From positions 4,289,000 through 4,320,999 of the forward strand of contig NZ_CP009288.1 in the NCBI RefSeq assembly GCF_000756615.1: a stretch of 32,000 nucleotides of DNA. Direction: 5' to 3'. The notes under the pieces are model-generated. The model made no database searches, was not told where the DNA came from, and saw only the letters and a program-made list of their open reading frames with translations. A program made the translations under genes and the position numbers. The stretch comes from Paenibacillus durus. GTDB lineage: Bacteria > Bacillota > Bacilli > Paenibacillales > Paenibacillaceae. This document shows positions 15,701-22,927 of this stretch, piece after piece; the first letter of the stretch is position 1; each line of letters begins with the position of its first letter.

Positions 15701-18529
15701 CGTGGTCTGGCCCAGCGCGTCCGTAATAGCAATGAGGTCGCCCGCTTCGTTGTACCGGTACTGCACCAACACTTCGCGTTCCTGTTGATACAGATGGGTC
15801 ACCTTCACGATCCGTCCGGCTTCGTCGGTCTTGATGTCCAGCACCCGGCCTACGCTATCGGTCACCTGCTGCAAGTAGCCGCGCGCATCATAGGTTAAGA
15901 CGATCCGACGACCGATCTCATCCTCGATGCGGGCCAGACGGTACGGCCTGGCTGCTTCCTCCTGCGGCGAAGCCTGCTGAACATCGCCTTTCTGCGGAAC
16001 CGGTTTGTTTATACGGTACCCAACGCCCCGTATCTCCTGCGACTCCTCTGCTGTCCTGTGCTGGACCTCTGCCCTCTTCATCGCTCCTGACGGACGATTC
16101 GCTGCGATCGCAGACTCGAAGACATACGTCAGGCGGCTTTCTTCCTCCACCATCGCATATCCGGTTCCCTCGCGGCGCAAGGTGAGCCGTTCTTTCGGGT
16201 TCCGTGTTTCCATTAGGCCCCGGTGCAAGCGTTCAAATCCGGCTGCTCGCCCATCCGCTAACAGCACGCCGATGCAGTCGTCCAGCACCTCCAGCCGCAT
16301 ATCGAAGCTGTGATGCACGCCATGCCCAAGCCATCCTTGATGGCGGCTGTCGCTGATCCAGCGGCGCTCCCAACGGAGCGGCAAGGAACCCGGAAACTCG
16401 AAGTCGGTCGCTTCGCTCATCATCCGCCCGGTAATCAGGTCTACCGGCTCGAAGCCCCATTTACAGAAACGGTCCCCAAGGCCCTTGGTGCACTCGAATT
16501 TCTTCAACACTTTATGGTTGAACTTGGTAAGCGCATTCTTCGCGCCGGATTTCTCCAATGCCTTTTTGAACAGCGCCTTGCTCTTCTCCGCCAGCCTCCG
16601 CTCCATCGCAGCCAGCTTCTTGGCCAGCAGGTCCTTTAAGGCATCGGCCTGGCCCTTCAGCTTCCGCGCTCCGGTTAGCACTTTGTTCAGTGAGTTTTTG
16701 CCGAACTGGACAGCCCTTTTTGCTGCGGCCCGGCCGATTTTCCCGGCCATTTTCCCCGCAAGCTTGCCGCCTGCTTTCACCGCCGCCTTGGCCGCTACCT
16801 TCGCCGCACCTTTCGCCGCCAGCTTCGCTGCCCCAAACGCCGCGCCCCCGAAAGGCAGCATCGTGCCGATGGATAACGCCGCGCCGAAAAAGTCGCCCCG
16901 GCAGAGGCTCACGACCGCGCTTGCCGCTCCCGCGATAACGCCAAGTCCCGGCACCATGCTCAGCACATCCAGCGCGGTGCCCAGCTTCTCCAGGAATCCG
17001 TCCCGCTCCTTATCGCTCTTGGCTTGCTCCGCCTCTGGATTGCTCAAGGGCTCAAACGATTGCCGCTCGCTTCCCTCCATCGTCACCTCCGGCCCCATCA
17101 CATCGGTCGTATCGTTTAGGATAAGGCTGCTTTGCCCGCCGGCGATCCACAGCTCTTCTTCCGCTTCGGCGCGAAACGTCTTCAGTTCGCTAAAGGCCAG
17201 CTCCTGTTCCGCCGTCAGCACGATGTCTTTGTCGCTTTGCAGCGTGATGCCGCCTTCTTCCCCGATGGTGACGAATAGCGTGCCTTCCTTCGCCGTAAAC
17301 GAAATATCTGTCGTTCCCAGCTCAAATTCCTTCCCCCCGCCGGTAGAAAACGATTTGACGGTAGAGTCTGCCATTTTCTTGTTTGCTTTCTCCGCCGCCT
17401 CCCCTTGCGGGGAGAACGGGGTGCGGACCGACTGGATCAGCATCGCGTCCGCTTCCTCATGGCTCGGGAAATACAGCTTGATCCTGGAGCCGATCGGCGG
17501 CATGGCGTGAAAGATGTGACTCGCTGGGGAGGAATACGGAAACCAGACCGCTTCCTGCTCCGGTTGGTCTTCGTCGATATCCAGATGCACCTTCGCTTTC
17601 TTGACTCCGATGGCGAGGATGCGCCCTTCCATGGCCAATCCTGCCAGATTTTCGTTGTACCGCTTATTCTGGCGAAGTCCCACGGGCGTCGTACACAAAT
17701 ACGTAAACTCCAACATCCCTTTACTCAGTTGGCCCAGGACCCCTGCGACCACAAACCGGCGTCCGGCCGCTTCCACTTCGGACCCAAGCTCAAGCCACTG
17801 ATCCATTCGCACCGTAAAGCGGGTAAAGTCCTGCTCCTGGAAGCCCTCGGCCCCCGTTTGCACAGCGGTCAGGAACGATTGTACGTCATGCTCAATTTGG
17901 TACAATCCTTCTTCCAGCTTCACCTGCTGCTTTACCGTCGGCGTGCCGATCCATACCCGCGGCTCATGGGTACTGACATCCGGCGTCACCACGGCCCCCG
18001 CATGGGAAGCCACCCGCTGAATAAAATCCCAGTCGGTCTCTTCGTACTGGAGCAGCAGATCGCCAATCGTTGCTCCGTGCTCAAAGGCATCGGTTTCCAG
18101 AAAATCGCCGCCCGGATACGCATGGATCACTTCTTTCAGCACATCGGTATACGCCATATCCGCATGCTGGAAGGAACGGCTTATCCGCTTGACATCCATC
18201 TGATAGGAATGTGAAATGATGTCCACTTGGACAGTCCATACATCGTGGAAGCGATCCGCCTGAATGTTGTGCAACTGGCCGAGAAACAGCGGGTAATCCG
18301 CCTGCCCTTCCCGAACCGCATACAGCCCGGCCCGGTCGCGGCTGCTGCCTTGCCGTACCAGCTCATGGCTGTCCTCCTCGCTCATGACGCCCTGAAGCTG
18401 CAAGACCGCATGCATGCCGGGGTATCGCTTCAGCTTCACTCCCTCAAGCCGCAGCTTTCCATACGGCCATTTGAGCGCGATGTCCTGCACGGTCAAGCCT
18501 GACAGGCGCCCCCATTCGTTTCCTAACAC
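12782..18529 (-). CDS. VgrG-like::linker::Rhs/YD-repeat polymorphic toxin with C-terminal GHH-signature HNH/EndoVII-type nuclease domain
   Basis: 1915 aa; GTG start after GAGGGGGG.
- aa 1-~490 (17060-18529): paralog of the 496-aa VgrG-like protein, with gpD-like blocks, a WFPY..PPIGSRIKLYFPSHEEAD OB-fold block and a beta-helix-like tail.
- aa ~517-572 (16814-16981): Gly/Ala hydrophobic segments.
- aa ~573-680: Lys/Ala-rich segment.
- aa 692-730: GFEPVDLITGRMMSEATDFEFPGSLPLRWERRW, the Rhs N-terminal plug.
- aa ~866-1745: YD repeats.
- Core end: YYNRFRYYSP..DPIGLAGNNPTLYGYVGDPNRNVDVFGL.
- aa 1790-1915 (12785-13162): GMGHHLMP..HKQLH toxin. A sharp fall in G+C starts near 13200. Confidence 0.9.
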   Translation of the reverse strand: MLGNEWGRLSGLTVQDIALKWPYGKLRLEGVKLKRYPGMHAVLQLQGVMSEEDSHELVRQGSSRDRAGLYAVREGQADYPLFLGQLHNIQADRFHDVWTVQVDIISHSYQMDVKRISRSFQHADMAYTDVLKEVIHAYPGGDFLETDAFEHGATIGDLLLQYEETDWDFIQRVASHAGAVVTPDVSTHEPRVWIGTPTVKQQVKLEEGLYQIEHDVQSFLTAVQTGAEGFQEQDFTRFTVRMDQWLELGSEVEAAGRRFVVAGVLGQLSKGMLEFTYLCTTPVGLRQNKRYNENLAGLAMEGRILAIGVKKAKVHLDIDEDQPEQEAVWFPYSSPASHIFHAMPPIGSRIKLYFPSHEEADAMLIQSVRTPFSPQGEAAEKANKKMADSTVKSFSTGGGKEFELGTTDISFTAKEGTLFVTIGEEGGITLQSDKDIVLTAEQELAFSELKTFRAEAEEELWIAGGQSSLILNDTTDVMGPEVTMEGSERQSFEPLSNPEAEQAKSDKERDGFLEKLGTALDVLSMVPGLGVIAGAASAVVSLCRGDFFGAALSIGTMLPFGGAAFGAAKLAAKGAAKVAAKAAVKAGGKLAGKMAGKIGRAAAKRAVQFGKNSLNKVLTGARKLKGQADALKDLLAKKLAAMERRLAEKSKALFKKALEKSGAKNALTKFNHKVLKKFECTKGLGDRFCKWGFEPVDLITGRMMSEATDFEFPGSLPLRWERRWISDSRHQGWLGHGVHHSFDMRLEVLDDCIGVLLADGRAAGFERLHRGLMETRNPKERLTLRREGTGYAMVEEESRLTYVFESAIAANRPSGAMKRAEVQHRTAEESQEIRGVGYRINKPVPQKGDVQQASPQEEAARPYRLARIEDEIGRRIVLTYDARGYLQQVTDSVGRVLDIKTDEAGRIVKVTHLYQQEREVLVQYRYNEAGDLIAITDALGQTTYQTYDQHLMTEKKDRNGYSFYWRYDGPTTGARCVHTWGEDGLLEGRIAYFDGYNEVTNSQGHTTKYEYTPEYYCTAIINPLGGRYEYTYSDTADLLSETDEDGRLTQYVYDEQGQLVQTIQPDGSSWQYMYSEQGQLLQVIDPEGGSQSWDYDEQGRLNRVASADGTAATFVYDERHRICEVRNPQDAATMLAYDDHYNLTRMTLPDGTSAEWSYNHRGECLQTTSPLGAKQYFTYDALGRVVRAELPDGNVIKLQYNAYEEVIAAEDSKQRVTFGYTPLGQMTWREAKGKRVELVYNNEEELTAVINEHGERYALERDANSKIVRETGFDGIVRQYVRSSGGLLERVERSAGRWTAFSYDEMGRIAQTAYSDGLIETYKYNRIGALLETTNPFATVKLEYDATGRLIQEWRDKYWIASKYDELGNRTEVSSSLGAHIKMDRDMLGQISQLQAEQKVQELEQTGHGTSPTATSMPWTAQMTYNKLGQEIERLLPGGVVSKWQYDIIGRPERHSVSSGGHVSRKRKYAWDINYRLKSLTNELTGKAIRYNYDDFGTLIGASNEFDKIFRMADDVGNLYSSGHRTDRKYGAGGRLLEFQGTKYSYDEEGQLIEKLEKDGSRWRYEYYGNGMMSKVVRPDGQEVVFTYDSLGRRIEKHFNGVVYCYMWDGNQILHEWTAESKQDEHDRKPESGLAAPQGAAEKFRHLLSHPVAAQEPDPATLTTWVFEDGTFRPAAKITATGTYSIITDHLGTPVEMYNEHGERVWSCELDIYGNVQNIYLQGKRSDCPFRYSGQYEDEETGLYYNRFRYYSPHEGIYTQQDPIGLAGNNPTLYGYVGDPNRNVDVFGLYSDLLDTGMGHHLMPRSIAKTLGISELSQIDSIAWYPNKGIGTADIHKQLHRNLIDAGVPFHGSKFTGTADEFFDKAMKAYTDIDVKGFMKIPFTDNHLFMNLTPSEALKKLKELNAQGTIPCRKK

Positions 18530-18558
18530 GTCTTTCCCCCCTCGATCACCGGATGATG

Positions 18559-18960
18559 CTACGCTTTTTTCTGCCCGTCATCGGCGATGTAGATGACTCC
18601 CTCCGCATGCTTGGTGCACATGATATACGAATCGCTGGTTAACACGGCTTTTCCGTCAATGAGCACATCCGCTTTCCCGTTCATCCACTCCATGTTCACT
18701 TGCGGCTCGCATGGCTTGTCCAGCGCTTCGCATACGCCGAAGGTGGCCGGGATGTTGACGACGGCTTTGCTGTCCGCCACATTCATCAGCGGCTGCCCCT
18801 GAATATAAGCGCCATGACAGGTCGGCAAATTGAGCAGATTGGGGTTGCTGCCGCACTGGCACTCCAATATCGCTCCCCTCACCACATAGCTGGCTTCCGC
18901 TCCCGCCGCCGCCTCCACGCTGGGGGGGCTAGGTTTCCTGAACGCTATAAAGCTTGCCAT
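18559..18960 (-). CDS. DUF4280 (PAAR-like) domain protein
   Basis: 133 aa from ATG 18958-18960, preceded by GAAGGAGGG. The pattern GAILECQCGSNPNLLNL..GQPLMNVADS..NIPATFGVCEALDKPCEPQVNMEW..VLIDGKAVLTSDSYIMCTKHAEGVIYIADDGQ matches my recollection of the DUF4280 Cys/Gly signature. It ends 29 nt before the rhs start. Confidence 0.7.
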   Translation of the reverse strand: MASFIAFRKPSPPSVEAAAGAEASYVVRGAILECQCGSNPNLLNLPTCHGAYIQGQPLMNVADSKAVVNIPATFGVCEALDKPCEPQVNMEWMNGKADVLIDGKAVLTSDSYIMCTKHAEGVIYIADDGQKKA

Positions 18961-19027
18961 TTGTTGTCCCTCCTTCAAGCTTCTTCGCAAGTGTTGCCGG
19001 TTTTCGTCTTATGCTTCGCGCTTTGCT

Positions 19028-19519
19028 TCAGGCAAGCTCTACCGGGGTAAAGTGAAGCCCTGTAAATCCCCGTCTTTGCAAACTTTCCGCTACATCCAGA
19101 CGGACGATCAGGATGTCTTCCTTTACTCCCGCCACGCGAAAGATGCGCTCCCGCCTCACTTTTGTTTCCGCCAGTACCAGCCGTCTACAGGCTCCGCTTG
19201 CATCCACTTGCGTTCGTTCGGACAAGCTGTCCGTTTCGCCCGGCTCCATGAACCAGTAGATATCCTGACGCCGGGTGCTGCGTCCCGTTAAGACGGCGGA
19301 ATAAAACCGCAGGAAACGATCGTATTTCTCCAGCAAGCCTTTCATCCGGTCCGATACGAGCCAACGGGGATGGTCGATGAAGTCGAGATAGACCGGTTGT
19401 TCCCCGTCTTCCTTCACAAATACAATATTCCGCTCGTAGATTTCCATGTCCCTGCTGACGTGTTCCAAACGCATGCCATCGACAAACCGCTTGTCCTGCT
19501 GCAATCGAAAGTAGTACAC
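19028..19519 (-). CDS. hypothetical protein; candidate immunity or adaptor protein (weak Imm11/DUF1629-like pattern)
   Basis: I prefer GTG 19517-19519, preceded by GGAAGGAG 7 nt upstream (163 aa), over the track ATG at 19582, which would overlap the upstream gene. The pattern ..PRWLVSDRMKGLLEK....IFRVAG..ILIVRLDVAESLQRRGFTGLHFTPVEL resembles Imm11-type proteins. The assignment is weak. Confidence 0.35.
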   Translation of the reverse strand: MYYFRLQQDKRFVDGMRLEHVSRDMEIYERNIVFVKEDGEQPVYLDFIDHPRWLVSDRMKGLLEKYDRFLRFYSAVLTGRSTRRQDIYWFMEPGETDSLSERTQVDASGACRRLVLAETKVRRERIFRVAGVKEDILIVRLDVAESLQRRGFTGLHFTPVELA

Positions 19520-19547
19520 CTGCCTGCTCCTTCCCCCTGTGCGTGGT

Positions 19548-20678
19548 CTATGGGCGAACTTCCACCAATTGCCCCGTCTCATCCTCTTCCATCCAGATGA
19601 CCTGCCGTTTCTGCTCTTCGCTTAACGCAAATTGCGCGGCATCCTGCCAGATGATCTTGGCCCCATCCAGATTGGCGCCATGAAAGTAAGCGCCTTCCAG
19701 ATCCGCAAACAGCAGGTTCGCCCCTTGCAAATTCGCATGCGTAAAATTCACGCCGAAGGTCCCCAGGATTTGCCCTTCCAGGATCAGCGGCTGTCCGCCC
19801 GCTGCATGCCAGAAATTCGCTCCTTGCAGGTCGCAATGGCTGAAATTGGCATCATAGAGCACGCTTTGGCTGAGATCGACGCCCTGCATGTTGCTGCGGC
19901 TGAAATCGACCCCTGCGCATATGCTTTTGTTGAGGCGGCTTCCCGCCAGGTTAGCGCCTGTTACATGACTGTAGCCTAAGTCGGCGCTTTCGTAGTTGCC
20001 GCCGCTCAAATCCAGGCTGCGCCAGTCCTGGTAGCGGTGAAGCGAACCGTCTCGTTGCTCCAGCCGGGCACGGATGGCCGCAGCATCTTTTTCTCGCCGT
20101 TCCTCTACCCATACGTCCTCGCTTAGATCCATATATTCGCCTGCACGAATGCGGAAAATGTCGGCGCGCCGGAGCTGTTGAAATTCCGGAAGCTCCACGA
20201 TGCGCGGAACCGCCGCACGAACGAGGCTGATCACATAATGTCCGGCTATGGCCGTATCTTCCATCCATACGCGGTCACTTTCCAGCGGCAAGATTTCGCT
20301 TCCATAGCTTTTGCGCGACGCCTCTATGGTGTTTCGGTAGGTTTCCAGGTGGGCGTACAGCCACGGCGCTTCGTGCAGTTCGATGCTGGCCTCCCGGTCC
20401 AGATACCAAGTGTCGTCATACGCTTCCAGGCTGCACATGAGTTTTCCCTGCCCTAGCCAGGAACGCAAATACGAAACGTGCATGTAGGCGATGGGCCGCT
20501 TGTGTCCGGCTTCTTGCATCGCTTGAATGCGAAGACACAGCTTGCGAAAGGGTTCGATCCACTCCTTGGTATACGCATGAGCCTGCGCGCGAACCTCTGC
20601 GCCCATTTGCCGGATCATCGCTTCCCGCTGCTGTGCGACACCTTGCGTAAGCCATTGTTTCAACGCGTCCTGCTGCAA
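19548..20678 (-). CDS. pentapeptide-repeat protein with an unknown ~225-aa N-terminal domain
   Basis: 376 aa; TTG start preceded by AAGGAGA. The C-terminal ~140 aa carry obvious A(D/N)LxG pentapeptide repeats: ADLGYSHVTGANLAGSRLNKSICAGVDFSRSNMQGVDLSQSVLYDANFSHCDLQGANF..NFTHANLQGANLLFADLEGAYFHGANLDGA. Confidence 0.8.
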   Translation of the reverse strand: MQQDALKQWLTQGVAQQREAMIRQMGAEVRAQAHAYTKEWIEPFRKLCLRIQAMQEAGHKRPIAYMHVSYLRSWLGQGKLMCSLEAYDDTWYLDREASIELHEAPWLYAHLETYRNTIEASRKSYGSEILPLESDRVWMEDTAIAGHYVISLVRAAVPRIVELPEFQQLRRADIFRIRAGEYMDLSEDVWVEERREKDAAAIRARLEQRDGSLHRYQDWRSLDLSGGNYESADLGYSHVTGANLAGSRLNKSICAGVDFSRSNMQGVDLSQSVLYDANFSHCDLQGANFWHAAGGQPLILEGQILGTFGVNFTHANLQGANLLFADLEGAYFHGANLDGAKIIWQDAAQFALSEEQKRQVIWMEEDETGQLVEVRP

Positions 20679-20709
20679 TGGTTTTCTCTCCTTAAATGGT
20701 TTTTTCTCG

Positions 20710-22200
20710 TTAGTTGGTATGGACTTGCGTTCCCTTCACATCGGCGCGGTCTTCGAGCATCACGGAACTGCCCTTACACGTCATCTCCAATTTTTCCTGG
20801 GCGGAAATCGTGATTTTTTTCGAGGCCAACATCACTTCTTCCGTCGCTTTCACTGTCACGTTTTTGCTGCTGACAATTGAAATGCCTTCTTCATCGCTCA
20901 GCATAATGGACACGCCATCGCCCGTGATGAGGATATGATCGGGAGCGAGCACGATCATCTTGCCGTTCTTGGTCTTGATGGTTTTGATGCTCGGATCTTC
21001 CATCGGATCGCTTCCGCCGCCGCTTGCTGATGCCATGCCTCCGCTGGGCACTCCTGCCATGCCGACGCTTTGCCCTCCGCTTGCCGATGCCGGTTCCGCT
21101 TTCGGTTTCGGCACGGAGCTGATTGCAATAACATCCTCTTCTTTATGCGTTGGAAAATAGACGCGCACATCGTCGCCGATCTCCGGCATGCAATACCAGC
21201 CCGCATTGTCTTCCGAAGCGTAGATGGTTGAGTACGGAAACCAGAACGCCTTACCCGCGTCTTGCTCGGGATCAATGTTCAGATGTGCCTGAATCCGGTC
21301 TTTGGCTACCGCAATCACTTTGCCCTGCAGTGAGACCCCGACGATAGCCATGTTATATTGCTTTCGCCGGCTCAAGCCCAGCCGCGTGCCTAAGAAGTAC
21401 GTATGCTTTAACAGCCCGTCCTTCAGATCCGTTCTGACTTCGCTTACGACAAGCTGCTGGTTGTCGAACGCAACCTCCATGCCGATGTCGAATACTTGAT
21501 CGGTCTCCACTTCATAGAAGATGCAATCGCTCTCGCTCAATTCCGGCACTTGTCCCTGGACGGATAGCTGATACAGCTCCATCCGTTTATGTATCCGGTA
21601 ATGGTAAGCGTTAACTTCCTCCTTAAAACCAGGCTCCGGAATGCCAAAGTGCACCTTCGGGGAATCAAAGCCGATCGCCGGTACAAGTCCGGTGTTAAAG
21701 TGGGAGGCTAACCGTTTCAATAATTCCCAGTCGGTCTCCCGGTACTGTAAAATCATGCGGCCAATAGCAGCGCCATTCGAAGCTTCATCCATAACGTCCG
21801 CGCCGTCGTAATCCTGTACGATCTGATCCACCAACTGCGCATACGCAAGTCCCGTATCTTGAAATGTACGTTCCTTTCGCGTCACATCGAACTGATACGA
21901 TAGCGATACCGCCTCCATTTCGAGGTGGTATACGTCCCGAACGTGATAGATTTGCATATTCGTGACCATGCCTTGAAACAGGGTTCTCTTCCCGCTATGT
22001 TCCAGCCTTTGCGTAACGGCCACATTCATTCGGGCATAATCCATCCCGGCATAACCGGCCTTCTGTTCTTCCGGCACGATGCCTTTCAGACGAAGTGTAG
22101 CGTGCTCGTTGATTTCCTGTACAATGGTCAGCTCCCGGATCGACTCTAACGCAAACGGCGTGACTTCAATGTCCTGATAAGTCGCATAAGATCGTTCCAT
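20710..22200 (-). CDS. VgrG-like spike protein (gpD/gp27-like hub, gp5-type OB fold, beta-helical C-terminus)
   Basis: 496 aa from ATG 22198-22200, preceded by GAGGGGGA. The track start at 22299 is unlikely. Blocks include ILQYRETDWELLKRLASH (gpD-like) and WFPYSTIYASEDNAGWYCMPEIGDDVRVYFPTHKEEDVIAISSV (OB-fold). A Gly/Ser linker follows, then repetitive beta-strand-like ..ILITGDGVSIMLSDEEGISIVSSKNVTVKATEEVMLASKKITISAQEKLEMTCKGSSVMLE... It is a paralog of the Rhs N-terminus. Confidence 0.75.
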   Translation of the reverse strand: MERSYATYQDIEVTPFALESIRELTIVQEINEHATLRLKGIVPEEQKAGYAGMDYARMNVAVTQRLEHSGKRTLFQGMVTNMQIYHVRDVYHLEMEAVSLSYQFDVTRKERTFQDTGLAYAQLVDQIVQDYDGADVMDEASNGAAIGRMILQYRETDWELLKRLASHFNTGLVPAIGFDSPKVHFGIPEPGFKEEVNAYHYRIHKRMELYQLSVQGQVPELSESDCIFYEVETDQVFDIGMEVAFDNQQLVVSEVRTDLKDGLLKHTYFLGTRLGLSRRKQYNMAIVGVSLQGKVIAVAKDRIQAHLNIDPEQDAGKAFWFPYSTIYASEDNAGWYCMPEIGDDVRVYFPTHKEEDVIAISSVPKPKAEPASASGGQSVGMAGVPSGGMASASGGGSDPMEDPSIKTIKTKNGKMIVLAPDHILITGDGVSIMLSDEEGISIVSSKNVTVKATEEVMLASKKITISAQEKLEMTCKGSSVMLEDRADVKGTQVHTN

Positions 22201-22838
22201 TATGAATCCCCCTCTTCCCGTTCCATCGGGTTGATGTGCAGGGAATCCATGATGCCAAGCGCAATCGGACGCCACTGCTCCTGATATCGCTCCATGCAAT
22301 TGAGACCGAAGAAGAGCCCTTTCCCCTCCAGTTCAATGAAAAATATGCCATTATACATCACACCGTCCAGCACAGGCACGGTAAATTCATAAAAGCCCAT
22401 CTTGCGGCCTCCGACCTCGCGCACCCCTTCTCCCAACCACTTCGCATTCGGCTGCATCCGTTTGATCAGGAAGCTGAGGTCCTGTACAAACTGTTCCATT
22501 TCATGGTTAACCATTCTGTTGTTCGTCGGATTTACGGTCAGATTAATCTCCAGCGTCTCATCGGTGTAGATGATTTGGGGACGCCGTTCGGCGGGATATT
22601 TGATCCTGGCGTACTCCTCCGGCATGGGTTCGAAGGAATCAGGCACAAACATAAAGACTTGATCGGGCACTACCTCCGTCCTTTGAAATGTAATGACCTC
22701 ATCGCCTAATGTAAGCTCTCCCGCTTGAATCGCTTGGCTGACGTTTTCCGGAGTTAATGCAGCCTTCAACGCCTCTTGCTTCTCCATCTGTTCCTGCTTG
22801 CCAATCAGCTCAAGCCATTGTTCGTCCATATGTTCCAT
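22200..22838 (-). CDS. hypothetical protein, first gene of the operon; candidate chaperone/adaptor
   Basis: Track ORF 22200-22886. I prefer the ATG at 22836-22838 (MEHMDEQW..), 5 nt after AGAGGGA, because the ATG at 22886 has no SD. Its TAA overlaps the VgrG-like ATG (TAATG at 22198-22202). No motif recognised with confidence. Confidence 0.6.
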   Translation of the reverse strand: MEHMDEQWLELIGKQEQMEKQEALKAALTPENVSQAIQAGELTLGDEVITFQRTEVVPDQVFMFVPDSFEPMPEEYARIKYPAERRPQIIYTDETLEINLTVNPTNNRMVNHEMEQFVQDLSFLIKRMQPNAKWLGEGVREVGGRKMGFYEFTVPVLDGVMYNGIFFIELEGKGLFFGLNCMERYQEQWRPIALGIMDSLHINPMEREEGDS

Positions 22839-22892
22839 ATGCATCCCTCTTTCCGTTTCCGATTGGAATACGTCTTGTCTATTCATAGCTGC

Positions 22893-22927
22893 AAAAAACG
22901 AAGCGACCGTTCCCCGGCGGGACGGTC
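22893..22927 (-). terminator. terminator-like hairpin in the leader just upstream of the operon's first ORF
   Basis: Minus strand reads GACCGT-cccgccgggga-ACGGTC gcttcg TTTTTT, 7-40 nt upstream of the candidate start codons. Confidence 0.45.

Noticed and set aside
13252-18502. About twenty plus-strand ORFs (60-341 aa) inside and antisense to the rhs gene. The same pattern occurs antisense to the VgrG-like, pentapeptide and DUF4280 genes (18593-22709).
   Set aside because: They are shadow ORFs of a GC-rich, stop-poor region. Their translations are low-complexity (Pro/Ser/Arg/Ala-rich), they lack SD sites, and they fully overlap a minus-strand gene that has strong family signatures.
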